In this document: positions 30,932-43,728 of the stretch, piece after piece
How the letters are laid out: every line of letters begins with the position of its first letter
Numbering within the stretch: the stretch's first letter is position 1
DNA from: Utricularia gibba
Taxonomy: Eukaryota; Plantae; Magnoliophyta
DNA: 64,000 nt
Reading direction: 5' to 3'
NCBI GenBank assembly: GCA_002189035.1
Contig: NEEC01000007.1
Location: 1,550,001 to 1,614,000, forward strand
Program-made: the position numbers and the translations under genes
Notes under the pieces: generated by a model
Seen by the model: only the letters and a program-made list of their open reading frames with translations
The model's database searches: none
What the model was told of the DNA's origin: nothing

Positions 30932-33900
30932 ATGGTAAGGTGTTGCTGCTTCTTTCTTCCATTTCATGATTAGCTATTGCATTTTCTGAGTATCCGCTTC
31001 TGGATCTTGGTCGTTTTCGCAGTCAACCACCCTCCGGTATTTTATGTTTGTGGTAGAATGAATGCTAATCGATGGATCTAGGGCTGTGTACATGAAATTT
31101 AGATTATTTCTTTCGATCGTGGATGTCAAGCTCTTGAATTGGATAATGTATATATGGTATTTTCGGCTGGGTCTGTCGGAGCGTCGGAGCCATTGTTTAC
31201 AGTGTAGATGTAATTATTTGGTTTTGACTCACGTTAGGCCTCCTTCTGGGTGGATTTAAACTCATCCTACTGGAGCGTGGATAAGACGTTGAAGGTTCTT
31301 TTTTTTTTTTTTGGAGAATTTCAGTCTGATGGCCACGTGTTTCTCTCATTTATCAGGTATCGAATCATGAAGTTGGGGGGAACTCGTTTTCTCCCAACAT
31401 GGACTCCCCAGGAAGTGCGGAGCACCATGAAATTAAAGGTTCAAGTGCGAGCGCCAAGGTCTGCAGCTTTATAAAATTCTACCTGCTCATAACTTTGATC
31501 AAAGATAGGTTTCATCTAACCATGCGTGGCCGTTGAATGTTCTCAGTGGATTCTACAGCATATCTGTTGTTAAATCTGTAGTGTTTGGTCTCCTTTGCCT
31601 TGACTATGGACACCTCAGTGTCAAAATATTTCTGCCTTCAGAATAATTTTGGTACATTTAGGTGAGTAATACAATTTAGAAAGGGGAAACACGGAATGTG
31701 GTGCTTTGGGACTCAACTGAGTATTTCTTTTCTATGAACTACTTCATCCTATGTTAAATTTGATTCTGTGTACAAGGAATTTCATTGAGCATCGACAATG
31801 AGTGCTGCTGATGCTAGTTTTCCGTAAAAAAGGCTGCATTTGGCCTATCCAGCGTATTCCTTTTTTAATTGCAGTTTTCCGCCCATGATGTCGTGGGAGT
31901 TGGTTATAGGAAAGTGGTCATATTCTTTTGCATGAATTGTTTAATAGTTGTATCATACTGTTGTTTGCAGCATGAATCTTTTGACTCTATGAAAAAGGAA
32001 ACGGAAAGAGGTAGAGATAGGGACCATGGCCGGGAGAGGGATGGAAACAGAGAAAGGGAAAGGGAGAAGGACAGAGAGAGAAATAGGGATCGGGATAAGG
32101 AAAAGGACAGAGATCGAGATAAGGATCGCCGCCACAAAGATCGAAGTGAGAGAAAAGAAAGGACAAGGGATGGGAATGATGATTACTACCAAGGCCGAGA
32201 CTATGAGAGGTAAAAAACTGAAGTAATCTGATGTTTGGTTGCACAATTCCTGTTTCTAATGTTATATCATTGCTTCCAGTTTTCTAAGATTCAAATCCAG
32301 TGTTATCAATAAAGGTTTTCATGTGCATTGATTGCTTTGATATGTGAACAGTTTGTAGATATTTTATATTCAAAACTAATGTTGTTGTATCTATCTGATA
32401 TCGAGAATAATGCCATACAGGCGTAGAGATCATGAGAGGGAGAAGGACAGGGACAGGAACCGGGATAGGGAGAAAGAAAAGGACAGGGTCAGGGATGACA
32501 GGCACAGACACCGGTCTAGATCACGCTCTAAGCCTAGAACTGAGCGTAGGTCAAAGTCAAGATCTCGTTCGCGCTCTAAGAGGTACTTTCAGGAAAACAA
32601 ATCTGACTTTAATTTCCGGAAAATATCCATGTGCAGCGTAATAAGTGCATGATGTGTAAACCGATATTGGTTTGATCTTTAAGTAGGTGTGCCTATGAGA
32701 GACAGTGTTAGACATTAGAAAAGATAATGTTGTGTTATGTTGACGCGGCTACCTTGTTCACATTTTTTTCTATATAATTTTATCATCTATATGCTTACCC
32801 TCTTATGTTACCATGACAATACATTCCTAGTAGAATATACCAATGACCTTGATGGCTTATATTCTCTATTTTGTACTTCTCACATTACAAGATTTCATTC
32901 TTACGAACCGCTCATATTGAGCTTCAAGTATTCCTCAAAAGCAGTAGACTGTATCCTGTAAAAGTGAACTGTTTAGTGTTATCTTTACCAAATGTTTTTA
33001 ATGTTGCTCCGAAAATTTAATACCATCTCTTGCATAAAGAATATTTCCTAGTGACCAGTTTTCCATGTGATCGGTTTGTGTTGTAGATAATATCATCAGC
33101 AGTTCAGCTTCACTGGGTTTACTGTTGGGACATGCCTTCTGTCATTCCTTTTTTTCCCTACTTTATTTTGCATCTGTTCATCAATCATTTACTTCCAGCA
33201 AAAGGAGAAGTGGCTTTGACATGGCTCCTCCTTCTGCAATGATTCCAAATACTGCCGTGGTTCCTGGTACAGTCCCACAGCTATTTTACCTTTGCAGTTA
33301 TTATGATAACTACAAGCTTTTGTGATATAGTGTTGGAAAGTTCATTCAAAATCATGGTTTCATGTTGGTAAGCATACTTGGTCCTTTCATTTACACGTAC
33401 AAGAATTTGGTGTAGCAGACCATTTATTGAATTTCTGGTTTCCTTTATCCTTAATATTTTTGTTTGGTCAATCGAACTGAGAGGGCTTTTGGTTTTTTGT
33501 TGTCTTTTGTGTTTTTTGCTTGTTTTGTATGTCCTATATTGTGTCCTAAGAAGGCAATATTGGGCTACTAGCCCCACTGTGCTGACAATGGGCGTGAGCC
33601 GACTTCTGTAGCTTATATGTACACGGAAGATGATTACAGGTCCTGTTCATCTTTAACCAGGATGTTATGTAGTTTTCTGGATATAACGTACGGATATTGC
33701 TGTTGCCATCGAATTTCTTGCAACGTTATTGGACTATGAAATAATCTCTGGGAAAGGAGGCTGCATCTCTAATCCCTCTGATTCTACTTATTTTACTGAC
33801 TTCTATGTTGAGATGAATTCACATTTTAGCCTTCACAGGCCAGTTGCCTGGGACTGCTCCTGCTCTTCCTGGAATGTTGCCGAATTTTTTAGCATTGCCT

Positions 33901-35735
33901 GGACAGGTATGCTCATTTCTTTCACCATATTTGTTCGAATGTTTCACTCAGTATCCATACTGACCCAACAGCAGTTTGGAGCCCTCCCGATGATGCCCCC
34001 AGCCATGACTCAACAGGTTGATCTTTGTTTTCCCTCAGCTGATTATACTTACAATGTTTGATATCGTTCCTTAAAGATTATTTTATCAGGCTACAAGACA
34101 TGCTCGGCGGGTGTATGTTGGTGGGCTACCCCCAACTGCTAATGAATCGGTATGCATATCTTCCTCCCCAACATAATACTTTTTGTTTATAATTTTAGGG
34201 TGTCGTGCATGAAAATTTTCATTGATCTATTGGCCTCTATTTATTCAAGTTTTGGTGTCAGTGCTTGGATTTTGATTTTATACATCTTTCCAAATAACTG
34301 ATCCTGTGCGCGTGAATGTTGATTTTTGCATGATCAATCGCAGTCAGTTTCGATTTTCTTCAGTCATGTCATGTCTGCAATTGGAGGAAACACAGCTGGT
34401 CCTGGTTAGTACACTTGACGCATATGATGGTTTTATGAATTCCCTGTTGCTTGATAATTTTGTTGGTTGTATAGGCGATGCAGTGGTGAATGTATATATC
34501 AACCATGAGAAGAAGTTTGCATTTGTTGAAATGAGATCTGTTGAAGAGGCAAGCAATGCAATGGCGCTAGATGGTATCATATTTGAGGTACAGAACATGT
34601 TTTTTAGGCCAGTTGTGATCTTCTCTTGAGAAAGATTTTAGGATAAAAACAGCATTCAATTATGCCTTGTTCATTTTTTCAGGGTGCACCAGTTAAAGTG
34701 AGGAGGCCCAGCGACTATAACCCCTCTTTGGCTGCTACACTTGGCCCTAGTCAACCGAACCCCAATCTGAATCTTGGTGCTGTCGGGTTGACACCAGGGT
34801 CTGCTGGTGGGCTGGAAGGTCCAGATCGTATATTTGTTGGGGGCTTACCGTATTACTTCACCGAATCGCAGGTTAGGGAATTGCTGGAGTCATTTGGACC
34901 CCTCCGAGGCTTCGACCTGGTAAAAGATAGAGAAACCGGGAACTCCAAAGGCTATGCCTTTTGCGTCTACAAGGATCTGTCAGTCACTGACATTGCTTGT
35001 GGTGCGCTAAATGGGATAAAGATGGGCGATAAGACACTAACTGTTAGACGTGCTAATCAAGGAACAAATCAGCCTAAACCGGAGCAACAGGATGTGCTAT
35101 TGCATGCACAGCAACAGATTGCACTGCAGGTTATCATTTTTCGTTAGTATGATAAGTTGCTTCCAAGTGCTGCTAGTACCGACGAAGCTGACAAAATCAT
35201 TTATTTTGCAGAGATTTATGCTAGCACCTAACGTGATGCCCGCTACAAAGGTCGTATGCCTAACACAGATTGTCAATCCAGAAGAGCTGGAGGATGACAA
35301 TGACTACGAAGATATACTGGAAGACATGAAGACTGAATGTGGGAAATTCGGTGAGTACCATATATCCTCCTAACAATCCTCCGTCAAGGGTATCTCCACC
35401 CTAAGTGCCTTCCTATTTATATAATAAAAATTTACAGGCACCTTAGTAAATGTGATCATCCCTCGGCCACAGCCTAACGGGGAAACTTCCCAAGGTGTCG
35501 GAAAGGTTGGTCGCTCACCACTGGTCTCATCACTAACCTTTGATTTGAGTGGCTTCTCCAATATGCTTACTTCAGTGCCTTTCTACTGGTGTTCACAGGT
35601 CTTCTTGGAGTATACCGATGTCGAGGGTGCAACAAAAGCTCGACAAGGACTGAACGGACGAAAATTCGGGGGAACGAAGTGGTCGCAGTCTTCTACCCAG
35701 AGAACAAGTTCTCCGAAGGAGATTACACCGGTTAG
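30932..35735 (+). CDS. U2AF65: Splicing factor U2AF large subunit; apparent 1-nt frameshift at 35668-35672; start codon tentative
   Basis: RD/RS-rich exons, SGFDMAPP, ATRHARRVYVGGLPP, three RRMs (EKKFAFVEMRSVEEASNAMALDG; RIFVGGLPY; VFLEY..GRKFGG [shift] NEVVAVFYPENKF). The ATG at 30932 is directly followed by a GT donor. Confidence 0.9.
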
Positions 35736-36819
35736 TAGTTCGAGTCACTGCAGGCTTTCCAAACAATATTTAGCTCACGTTTTTCAAGAAGTCGGCGGCA
35801 TGATCCGCCATTTTTTTTCTTCCAACAAACCTTGAAATTTGACTTGCTTTCAACACCATTTTCTTTTCACCACTGTTCATTATGCCACGCGCAAGTACCC
35901 CGCAGCTGTGATGTGGATCGTAAGAGGGAGTAGAAACCCCTCGTTGCCTTTATACGGGACAGCAACCTCTTTTGTCTCTCCCGGAAAGAATTCCAATCTT
36001 AGGGATCTGCTTTCTTCGCATGGTCGGGATGCGAGATCCAGTTACGACTTCAAGGGCGCATGTTTTTCATGGAAAACCAGGGCCTTCCCTTCTTTGCGTG
36101 GCTGTTGGTCGAGTACGGGGCTCTCCTCCTATCAATTGCTTGATTGATTGATCAACGGGTCGTGGCATCACAGCGCCCACCCATAAATACCAAAAGCAAT
36201 CAAAAAAATATAAGAAAAAAAACAAGTCACGTTGGTCCATGTCCTCCTACTCTTCGAGCAACCAACACTTGAAATTTTAACTACCTACATACAGAGCCAA
36301 ATTGTGAAGTGGTAATTAAATAATACCAGCAAGCCGACAATAAGGATTTAAATGATGATCGCTTCCGTACAGAGCCCCTTGATCCCTAACCCATTTTACT
36401 GTAAAATTATTTGTATCTATGTAGCAGTGGCAGTCGCAGGGGCAGCGGCAAGGTACCAACCCCGCCCGACATCCCACCGGTGTGCTGCAAAACTCGGACC
36501 CACCCCACGAGTAGGCCCGGTCCGCATTGCAGAAAACCCGGTCGCCCGTTTTTTGTTTTTTTTTTTTTTTTTTTTTTGGGTTGGGGTATTTTTCATAGCA
36601 GCGAAAATGACCCACTGAATTGTGACCGCCAATTTACTGTGATGATAATAAATTGGGAAGTTCTGCGGAGACGACGATGCTGTTGCCGATGCTTTATCAC
36701 CTGTTCTGGTGAGGACGCAGGCACAACTTGGGTTCATGTCGTGAGTCTACACGGAAGAATCTGTAAGAATCCCTTTTTTTTTAATCTTCCGGTGTTTGAG
36801 TGCCGTCGTTTGTATGTGT

Positions 36820-37635
36820 ATGTTCAGTCCGCCCGCGGTGCAGAATGAGCTTCTCCTCAAAATCCCTAAAATTTCAGCGCAGGAAATGGGAGGGGCGAGC
36901 CCCCGGAAGGTGGAATTCAAGGAGATTGATGAAATGAATGAATGCAAGAAAAGGAAGATTCTTCACCGGGATATCGAGAGACACCGGCGGCAGGAAATGG
37001 CCGCCCTTTACGCTTCACTCGGTTCCCTTCTTCCGAATGAGTATACAAAGGTATTTTGAGTCCGATTTTGTTTGTTATCATTAGGGAGTTTGGGTGGATT
37101 GGGGTTCATTGTTTTTATGTGCTGTGTGCTTCACTGCAGGGAAAGAGATCCATATCTGACCACATGCTGGAAGCCATGAATTACATTAGGAACATCCAAG
37201 GGAGAATTCAAGAGCTCCGTGAAAGGAGAGACGAGTTGCTCTCCAATTCCTCGTGCCCACAAGGGAACAATGATGTGGTCTGTGTGAGTCTGCAGTCTTG
37301 CTTGGAGATAGTTGAGATACAGATGAAGTGCTTGTCTTCAAAAAGAGAACTCCGTTCTCTCCCCAAAGTCCTCACCGAACTCATCAACTCCGATCTCCGA
37401 GTTACCTGCTGCATTCTCTCCAGATATGACAATCGAATGTTCTTCACAATCCAAGCCAAGGTAAAAGCTGCTACATATGACTCACTCCCTTCCACTCAGC
37501 CCACAGCAAAAAACTTTTTTTCTTCATGTTCAGGTGAATGACCCTGATGGGCACGTCGACCCGGTGCTGCTGAAGCAAAAGCTGATGGAAGCGGCAGTGT
37601 TTGGATCAGCAACTCAGGTTCCATTTTCCTTCTGA
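36820..37635 (+). CDS. bHLH transcription factor, subgroup Ib (bHLH36/118/120/126-like), 3 exons
   Basis: KILHRDIERHRRQEMAALYASLGSLLP / KRSISDHMLEAMNYI, followed by an ACT-like C-terminus. Confidence 0.88.
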
Positions 37636-37999
37636 TAACCTACAATTGTGCTGGTTGCTGTTTCTGTGATTCTGATTGTGTTGATTATTGAGAAGCGACA
37701 GGATTTGGAGTCCATTCCATTCCTCCCCCATATCAACCATACAGAAATGACAGCTACAGGGTCCCTTGAATCTGAGTGCCCCCAACTCTCTCCTTTTCAA
37801 GGAAGCCTCATGATTACAAGTCACATATGCGCAATGTGTCCGCCATGAATGATGCTGAATAATGAAAATGAGGAAAACATGACCCATAATAGGTACTGTT
37901 CATCATGCCATTCAAACACATTACGAATTACATACCTCATTTGAGAAAGGTTTGAAATTAATTTCACTCCGAAAAAGGCGTCGTACATTATTACATTTA

Positions 38000-38229
38000 A
38001 TGGGTGACCCATCAACCCCCTTATCCCGACAGTACATCGTGGGTCCCACCAACAGCCCCAACTTGGGATTCCTTTTGAATTAAAAAAATCAAATAAAAAA
38101 CGTGCTCTTTAGTAAATCGGGAAAAAAAGACAAATGGACCCCCGCAGCCCCGAATCGCCGGTCAGCGCCAATAATAAAATCACGATCCATCGGCGACGCA
38201 CGTGGCCATGTTGGTGACACTGGGGCCCA
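38000..38229. promoter_or_regulatory. GC-rich cis-element island (TCP-type sites and G-box) between convergent bHLH and GA20ox 3' ends
   Basis: Palindromic GTGGGTCCCAC at 38039-38049, ATGGGTGACCCAT at 38000-38012, GCACGTGGC and GGGGCCCA, all within AT-rich flanks. Confidence 0.45.
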
Positions 38230-39415
38230 TAATTTTTTTAATTAAAGGAAATTACGTTTTAGTTCTCCATTATTTAAATAATCCCTATTATTCAAAAGAT
38301 TACTTTTATCAAATTTTTAAACAACTATAGGTTATTGATATCAAATACTTTAAATAATAGTTATTATTTATATTAAACTGTTTTTGTAAATATTAATTAA
38401 TAAATTATTGAAACCAATTTTTAGACACCATGAATCAATTTTATCATTATTTTAAAACAATAGGGATTCATTATATCAAATCGTTAAAATCATGAGGATA
38501 ATAATAAAAATATATTAGTAATTATTTTTGTAATTTTGACACAAATTATAACCATTTTCCAAAAAGGTGTAGGAGAACTCACATGCTACAGTAAATATAT
38601 GGGTCATTTTTTTACTTGTATAAATTTGACATTTTTATATTAAAATTGATGTCAGAGAAATAATAGTATTCTAAAATTATAATTTAATAACATTTTTTAT
38701 TAACATATATAGTATTTCTTTTTTTATTGGATTGTATCATTTGACACCACTTTGTGAGGAGTGGCTGTGGCTCCACCCATAGATAGAATTTGAGAGGATA
38801 TTGTAAGAAGCTGTGCACTAAGATAAGGGTGCAAAGGTAACAAGTTGCTCAAATAGCCAGCACATAGCATCCCAAAGTGAAAAGCATTTGATCCTCACAC
38901 CTCTTTCAATAACACACAAACTCATCATGGATTAAAATACATTCAACTTGTTTTTTTAAAAAATATAATTAAAAAAGAGTTTATAAATCAAATTTATGAT
39001 TAAAATAGATTCAACTCATTTTTTTCAAAGCATGGCAGATGGACATTTGGAAGCATTTTCATTTTGTTGGTTATGGATTTGAGAGTTGCTTCTTCTTTTT
39101 TATACCATTTATACCCTTGGCTTTTTGAAAAACCCTTAAATAACATCATGAATTATATATAACTCAGCACAAGGGTAGTTTGGGTAAACCTGATCATAAA
39201 TCATTGGATCAGTATTTGTTCAACTCGATCTCATGATTTTTTGGATTAAATTCAATATTTTTTGTAACATTTTTTTAAGAAAATTACATTTATGAATATT
39301 TATTTTAGATAATTATTATTTTTATTTTTATAATATAAAGCCTTGGTTACACGTGGGTGTCTCATGAGGTGGAGGAGGCTGCCTTCAAAACTTGGAGTGC
39401 GTTTGGTTGCTTTTA

Positions 39416-40662
39416 CTACGATTTGGAGTGCTGGTTCATCCACTCGGAGAATACTTGGAGGGTTTTGGCGTCGGATCTGTAATGCAACTGCGTGAAGCAG
39501 TGGAGGGTCTCCCATCGGAAATCCGGGTACACCCGAGGATGATCGGAATCCACAACCTCCGGCGGTGGCGCCACCACTCTGTCTTTCCTTGGGCAGAGGA
39601 AAAACGCCAAGGATTTTCTGGGACTTTTGCTGTTCACCACCGCCCTGTGGAGACAGCTCTTGTACCTCCCGTTTGACAGTGCCTGAAGAAAAGCCGATAC
39701 CTTGTTGTTATTCTGGTAAACCTAACTACTACTTTTTGTTTCCGGTTCAGGTTTAGAATATCTTACGGTTAAGGTGTCACCGATGATGACGACGAAGGCG
39801 TCTGGGTTGGGGGCGATGGAGCGCCACTGGCCGTCCACGAACGCCTCCAGTCCGGCGACATTGTCTTGGTGGAGTAATGTTATGGTGGTGGGATCGCAAT
39901 GGGGCCCGGTACCCAGAGCTTGCTCCGGATGCCGGCACCGGGGGTAGTAGTTAAACCGCATTATCGACTCGTTGTCCTGGTAAAACTCTGTGAAACTCTC
40001 CGGCTTCACGCCCAAGCTCAACGCAAGCAGCTCCATGATTGCAAGTGAAAGCTTGCTCATTGCACGGCAGTACTCCTGGAAGAGTCTCCTGCTCAGTCGG
40101 TTCATTTGTATGTTAATTATGGGAAATCAAAATACCAACTAGACGTAGTAGATGATGTGTTTCTGGTTTTACCCCAGGTGGAGAAATTCGTCGCCAAGTG
40201 TTCGACGAATGTACTCTTCCACGACGGGCTTTTGCGTCTCCTTGTACTCGAACGAGAGAGTTTCTTTCCATGGAAGTTTGGATGAGAATCGCCCAGTGAA
40301 GCTACTGGCGTAGCCCCAAGGATCGCCGATCTTTCTCTCCGCGGTTCGCTTCCGATCGAGCGGCTGCCGGAAGAAGGAGTCCATGTGCCGATGCGTCTCA
40401 GCGATCAAACGTGGGTCAACACCGTGGTTCACTACGCGAAAGAATCCATTTTTCTGGCACGATTCTCCGACGAGCTTCGATGCTTTCACAGCCGCATCAC
40501 GGTCCCCCCGAGAAAACCCGCTAAATCGATGTACGGGGAGTGGAGCTCCGGTGTCTTGTCCCCGGGCTTCTCATCACTAGGCCAGATGAACTGCGACGGC
40601 AAAGTGGCTGCATTCTGGACGGCAGCGTCGAAAACGATGGGAATCTGGTACAATATTCCCAT
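39416..40662 (-). CDS. GA20ox: Gibberellin 20-oxidase, 3 exons; apparent 1-nt frameshift at 40504-40509
   Basis: [24 protein letters not shown] motif, NYYPRC, GPHCDP (Fe ligands), [16 protein letters not shown] on the minus strand at 40714-40720. Confidence 0.93.
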
Positions 40663-42261
40663 CACTAAACCCAAACTGAAGAAATGGCAGCGTTGAAGAA
40701 GAACAAGACAGGCTTTTATAGGAGCAGCAAACACTGTACAAAAAGAAGCAACTGTTTCGGTTTTGGAGTGAATAAAGGAATAATGGGACAGGAGAATTCT
40801 AATGGAAAAAGTTCTGGAGAGTGGAGAAGAGGAAAAGGACAGCAAGAAATTGGGAAACAGCGGTGTCCCGGCATCTTCACAACGCCAACATGGTCGTCTC
40901 CTCCAACCAAAAGCATCCGCCGTGGTGACTGGATAAGGCATCCTCTACAAGCTATCAGATAAAAATATGCTCTGAGCATGTCCTAAAAACACTTTCAGTA
41001 CAAAAAAAAACGTAACCAGGGATTCCCATTTTCATAAACTTAAATTATGCTCCAAAAGATGGACTGTTTCAATGGGCGAAGAGTGCTTTTGCTATAAGAA
41101 CAAAAGGAAGACGATAAGCACATATTCTACTCAAAAAAACAGCAGCCGTTGGTTGCCACTTATCAGTATCGCTTTATTCTCCGGAGCTGCTATTTGATAA
41201 CGATAAACAAAAAAGGGCAAGCTGCGAGAGGTAGATGCTTACCATACACGGAGTCTCCATGGAGTTGATGGATTATTGCAATTTCTTTTCATTTAACACC
41301 AACTTCACGATGCCGGTCGATCGGGAGTTTTAGTTGAAGCCACCTGAAACCCAGATTCATTCGAGTCTCTCAGCAGCACGTAAACTGCGACACTCTTGTT
41401 TGGCGTTCAGGCAGTTGTTTTTTTCTCAAGTGATCATCTACAACGCCCCCATCACAGCAAAAGGTGCTTGTGAGTGGGATCCTAATCTTGATTTGGTCCC
41501 CGCCTCAGATTTCAGTGTCAGTCAGTACCCTCGTGTCCGAATTTGCAGAGCCATCACCATTGATGGGATTCTTCTCGGCCAAATGCCTTATGGGTGAGGG
41601 CTTGTTTGTACCACAGAAAACGAATAATCTGTGGGACTAATGATTAGACAATCATATCCAGGAGTAAGAAGAAGAGTGTGGGAGAACTAACGATCATTGT
41701 CGGCTCCCCTGAAGGTGAATCATTTGGACTGAGCCACACACTGTTGTTTCATCGCTTTAACTTTATTCGATAGTTCCAGTTTATATAGAAGACAAACTAC
41801 TCTACTTCCCATATAAGCAACACAGTAGAATTTTATCCATACAAAAAGTAAAAAATTTCAATTCTACTTCTGGGTTCCCATGGAGAATCAACCATTTTCT
41901 CCCAGCATATCCTCTATACAACTTAAGACCTGCACAATGACGGCTGCAAGCACATGGGAGAACTTACAAGGAAATGCAGATTAACAGTAAACATCTTTAG
42001 ATTGTGATTTCATGCACTTTCTGATCCCGAATTTCTACATAGTTAGTGTCGTTTGTGATAATGGAAGTGAATTAACTTGACTGGAAGACTGAGAGTCATG
42101 CAAGAAACAGAAGGGTGCCTTGAATCAGAGAACAGGTGACGCTACTTCCATCTGCAGCTATCACAGATATTGTTTTCCTGTTTGTTCCATTCACTGCTGC
42201 TGTCAAGACAAGGAAGCTGCTGCTACTTCAACAACATGTAATAAGTTGATTTCTTCCAGGT

Positions 42262-42981
42262 TCAAGAACAAAACATTCTGGAAAACAAGTATCCATGGCA
42301 CCCCTGTATTGTGTCAAGCAACGGACACGTCTGACAGGCCTCCGAAACATCTCTGTTCATCCACTTCACCGCCAAAGCCTCTGCCGTTTGAGCAATCCCA
42401 TGCTGCAACACTGCTGCACCCAATGGTCCAATCAAGTTCAACCTCGTTGCTGCAGATATGACATCTCTCATAGTCACAAACATAAAGGCCCTCTGTGCAG
42501 TCTCTGGGTCAAACCCAAGCAGTCCAAAAATCAACCCGAAAATTGGGGCATGGTGGAATGAAACTGACAGCCCATTGCTCAGAGCTGAAGTCCTCATGCT
42601 CTTGAGAGATGGGATTTCTGAGAAAATAGACACAGCCACTCTCAACAAAGATGATCCTTGAGATATTGAGGCTTTACGTGAGATTTCGTTCGTGATCGTA
42701 GCGTTGAGCGTTGTGTCAAGTTTCTGCCATGTTTGTGCGTCTGGAGAAACTGCGGCTGCGTACACGAATGGGAGAAGCAGGCTTGCTGTGTTCTCCAGGA
42801 CATGGATTATATACATTCTCAGCTGATCTGGGTTGGTTACCATCCGCGTTTGAACGGCTGCTTCAAGCCCCGAAGAATGTGCAAAGCCCCCTGTTGGAAG
42901 AATGGAGTCCAGGAGTTGCCATTGACTCCATGGTTGTGAAGATTTTGCTTCCCGTTGTTCCATTTCCTTAACATCCTCCAT
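42262..42981 (-). CDS. UREF: Urease accessory protein F, intronless CDS
   Basis: WSQWQLLDSILPTGGFAHSSGLE, FHHAPIFG, RDVISAATRLN, QGCHGYLFSRMFCS. Confidence 0.96.
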   Translation of the reverse strand: MEDVKEMEQREAKSSQPWSQWQLLDSILPTGGFAHSSGLEAAVQTRMVTNPDQLRMYIIHVLENTASLLLPFVYAAAVSPDAQTWQKLDTTLNATITNEISRKASISQGSSLLRVAVSIFSEIPSLKSMRTSALSNGLSVSFHHAPIFGLIFGLLGFDPETAQRAFMFVTMRDVISAATRLNLIGPLGAAVLQHGIAQTAEALAVKWMNRDVSEACQTCPLLDTIQGCHGYLFSRMFCS

Positions 42982-43001
42982 CGTTGAACTTCACCGAATC
43001 C

Positions 43002-43269
43002 CTAGATTACAACATAATGCATCAAAAACCAATCTTTGAGTATCAACCCAGATCCCCAAATTACAGGATAAAACATTAGTATCAAAATCCCCAATCTTCT
43101 CGATGGCGGGTGTAGGAAAAGAAAACGAATCGGGAGACAGAAGTTTGGATCTGACATTCTGAATAGATGAAATAAACCTAGATCTTGCTCTCCTCTGGTG
43201 ATTCCCATAAAATTTCACGAAGTCGCGCAGAAATCTTCAAAAATTAGGTATTGAAGAATTGGGGATTAC
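43002..43269 (-). promoter_or_regulatory. UreF 5'-leader intron (268 nt) containing an AUG uORF
   Basis: Donor CAG|GTAATC at 43269; acceptor CTAG at 43002, 21 nt before the ATG. A 5'-leader intron is a reported conserved feature of plant UreF. Confidence 0.7.
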
Positions 43270-43707
43270 CTGAAGGCGTACGCAGAGTGCTAAACGGCAC
43301 GGCACATTAAAGAAGTGAGAGCTGAAAAGGAGAATGGAGATGCAACTTTCTGGTATCGAATTTTCTGTCCGTTTGTGTAGCGTGGTGCGTTGACTTCAAT
43401 TTCTAAAACTTCAGTTATGAGAAGCAGGTACTATGCTATAGATGTCCAAGTACGGTTTGATAAAATGCCTGTAAGAGAAACAATTGCTGTCTTGAATCAT
43501 TCTGATTTTGTTAGAATCAGGAAACGATTCGATGCCACCATTTTTGGGACAAGAGCTCCCTCAACTTCACCCAAATGGAAACCGGGAAGAAGATGAATGG
43601 CGGCTGCCTTGTCTTCATACATCACTTATGTTGATACAATCCAAGACATTCATCATTCATCAAGATGGGAATGGCTCAACGAAAATCAGCTTGCCAGTAA
43701 GCTGAAG

Positions 43708-43728
43708 CAGGGCAATCCTCGTTTGGCA
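43708..43728 (+). other. miR399-complementary 21-mer (MIR399 remnant or target site)
   Basis: CAGGGCAATCCTCGTTTGGCA matches the reverse complement of UGCCAAAGGAGAAUUGCCCUG at 19/21 positions; no intact partner arm was found. Confidence 0.55.

Noticed and set aside
31971-32582. Repetitive GA-rich units resembling an array
   Set aside because: They encode the Arg-Asp/Arg-Ser low-complexity domain of U2AF65; not CRISPR or satellite DNA.
36639-36740. Perfect C box GTGATGA upstream of the bHLH gene
   Set aside because: No downstream CTGA D box at snoRNA distance.
40945-41940. Chain of minus-strand splice sites suggesting UreF-to-GA20ox read-through
   Set aside because: GA20ox has its own TATA box at 40714-40720; isolated splice motifs are common by chance.
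43551-43575. AAGAGCTCCCT-CAAC-TTCACCCAAA as a miR159 target mimic
   Set aside because: Needs a 4-nt bulge plus several seed mismatches; consistent with chance.
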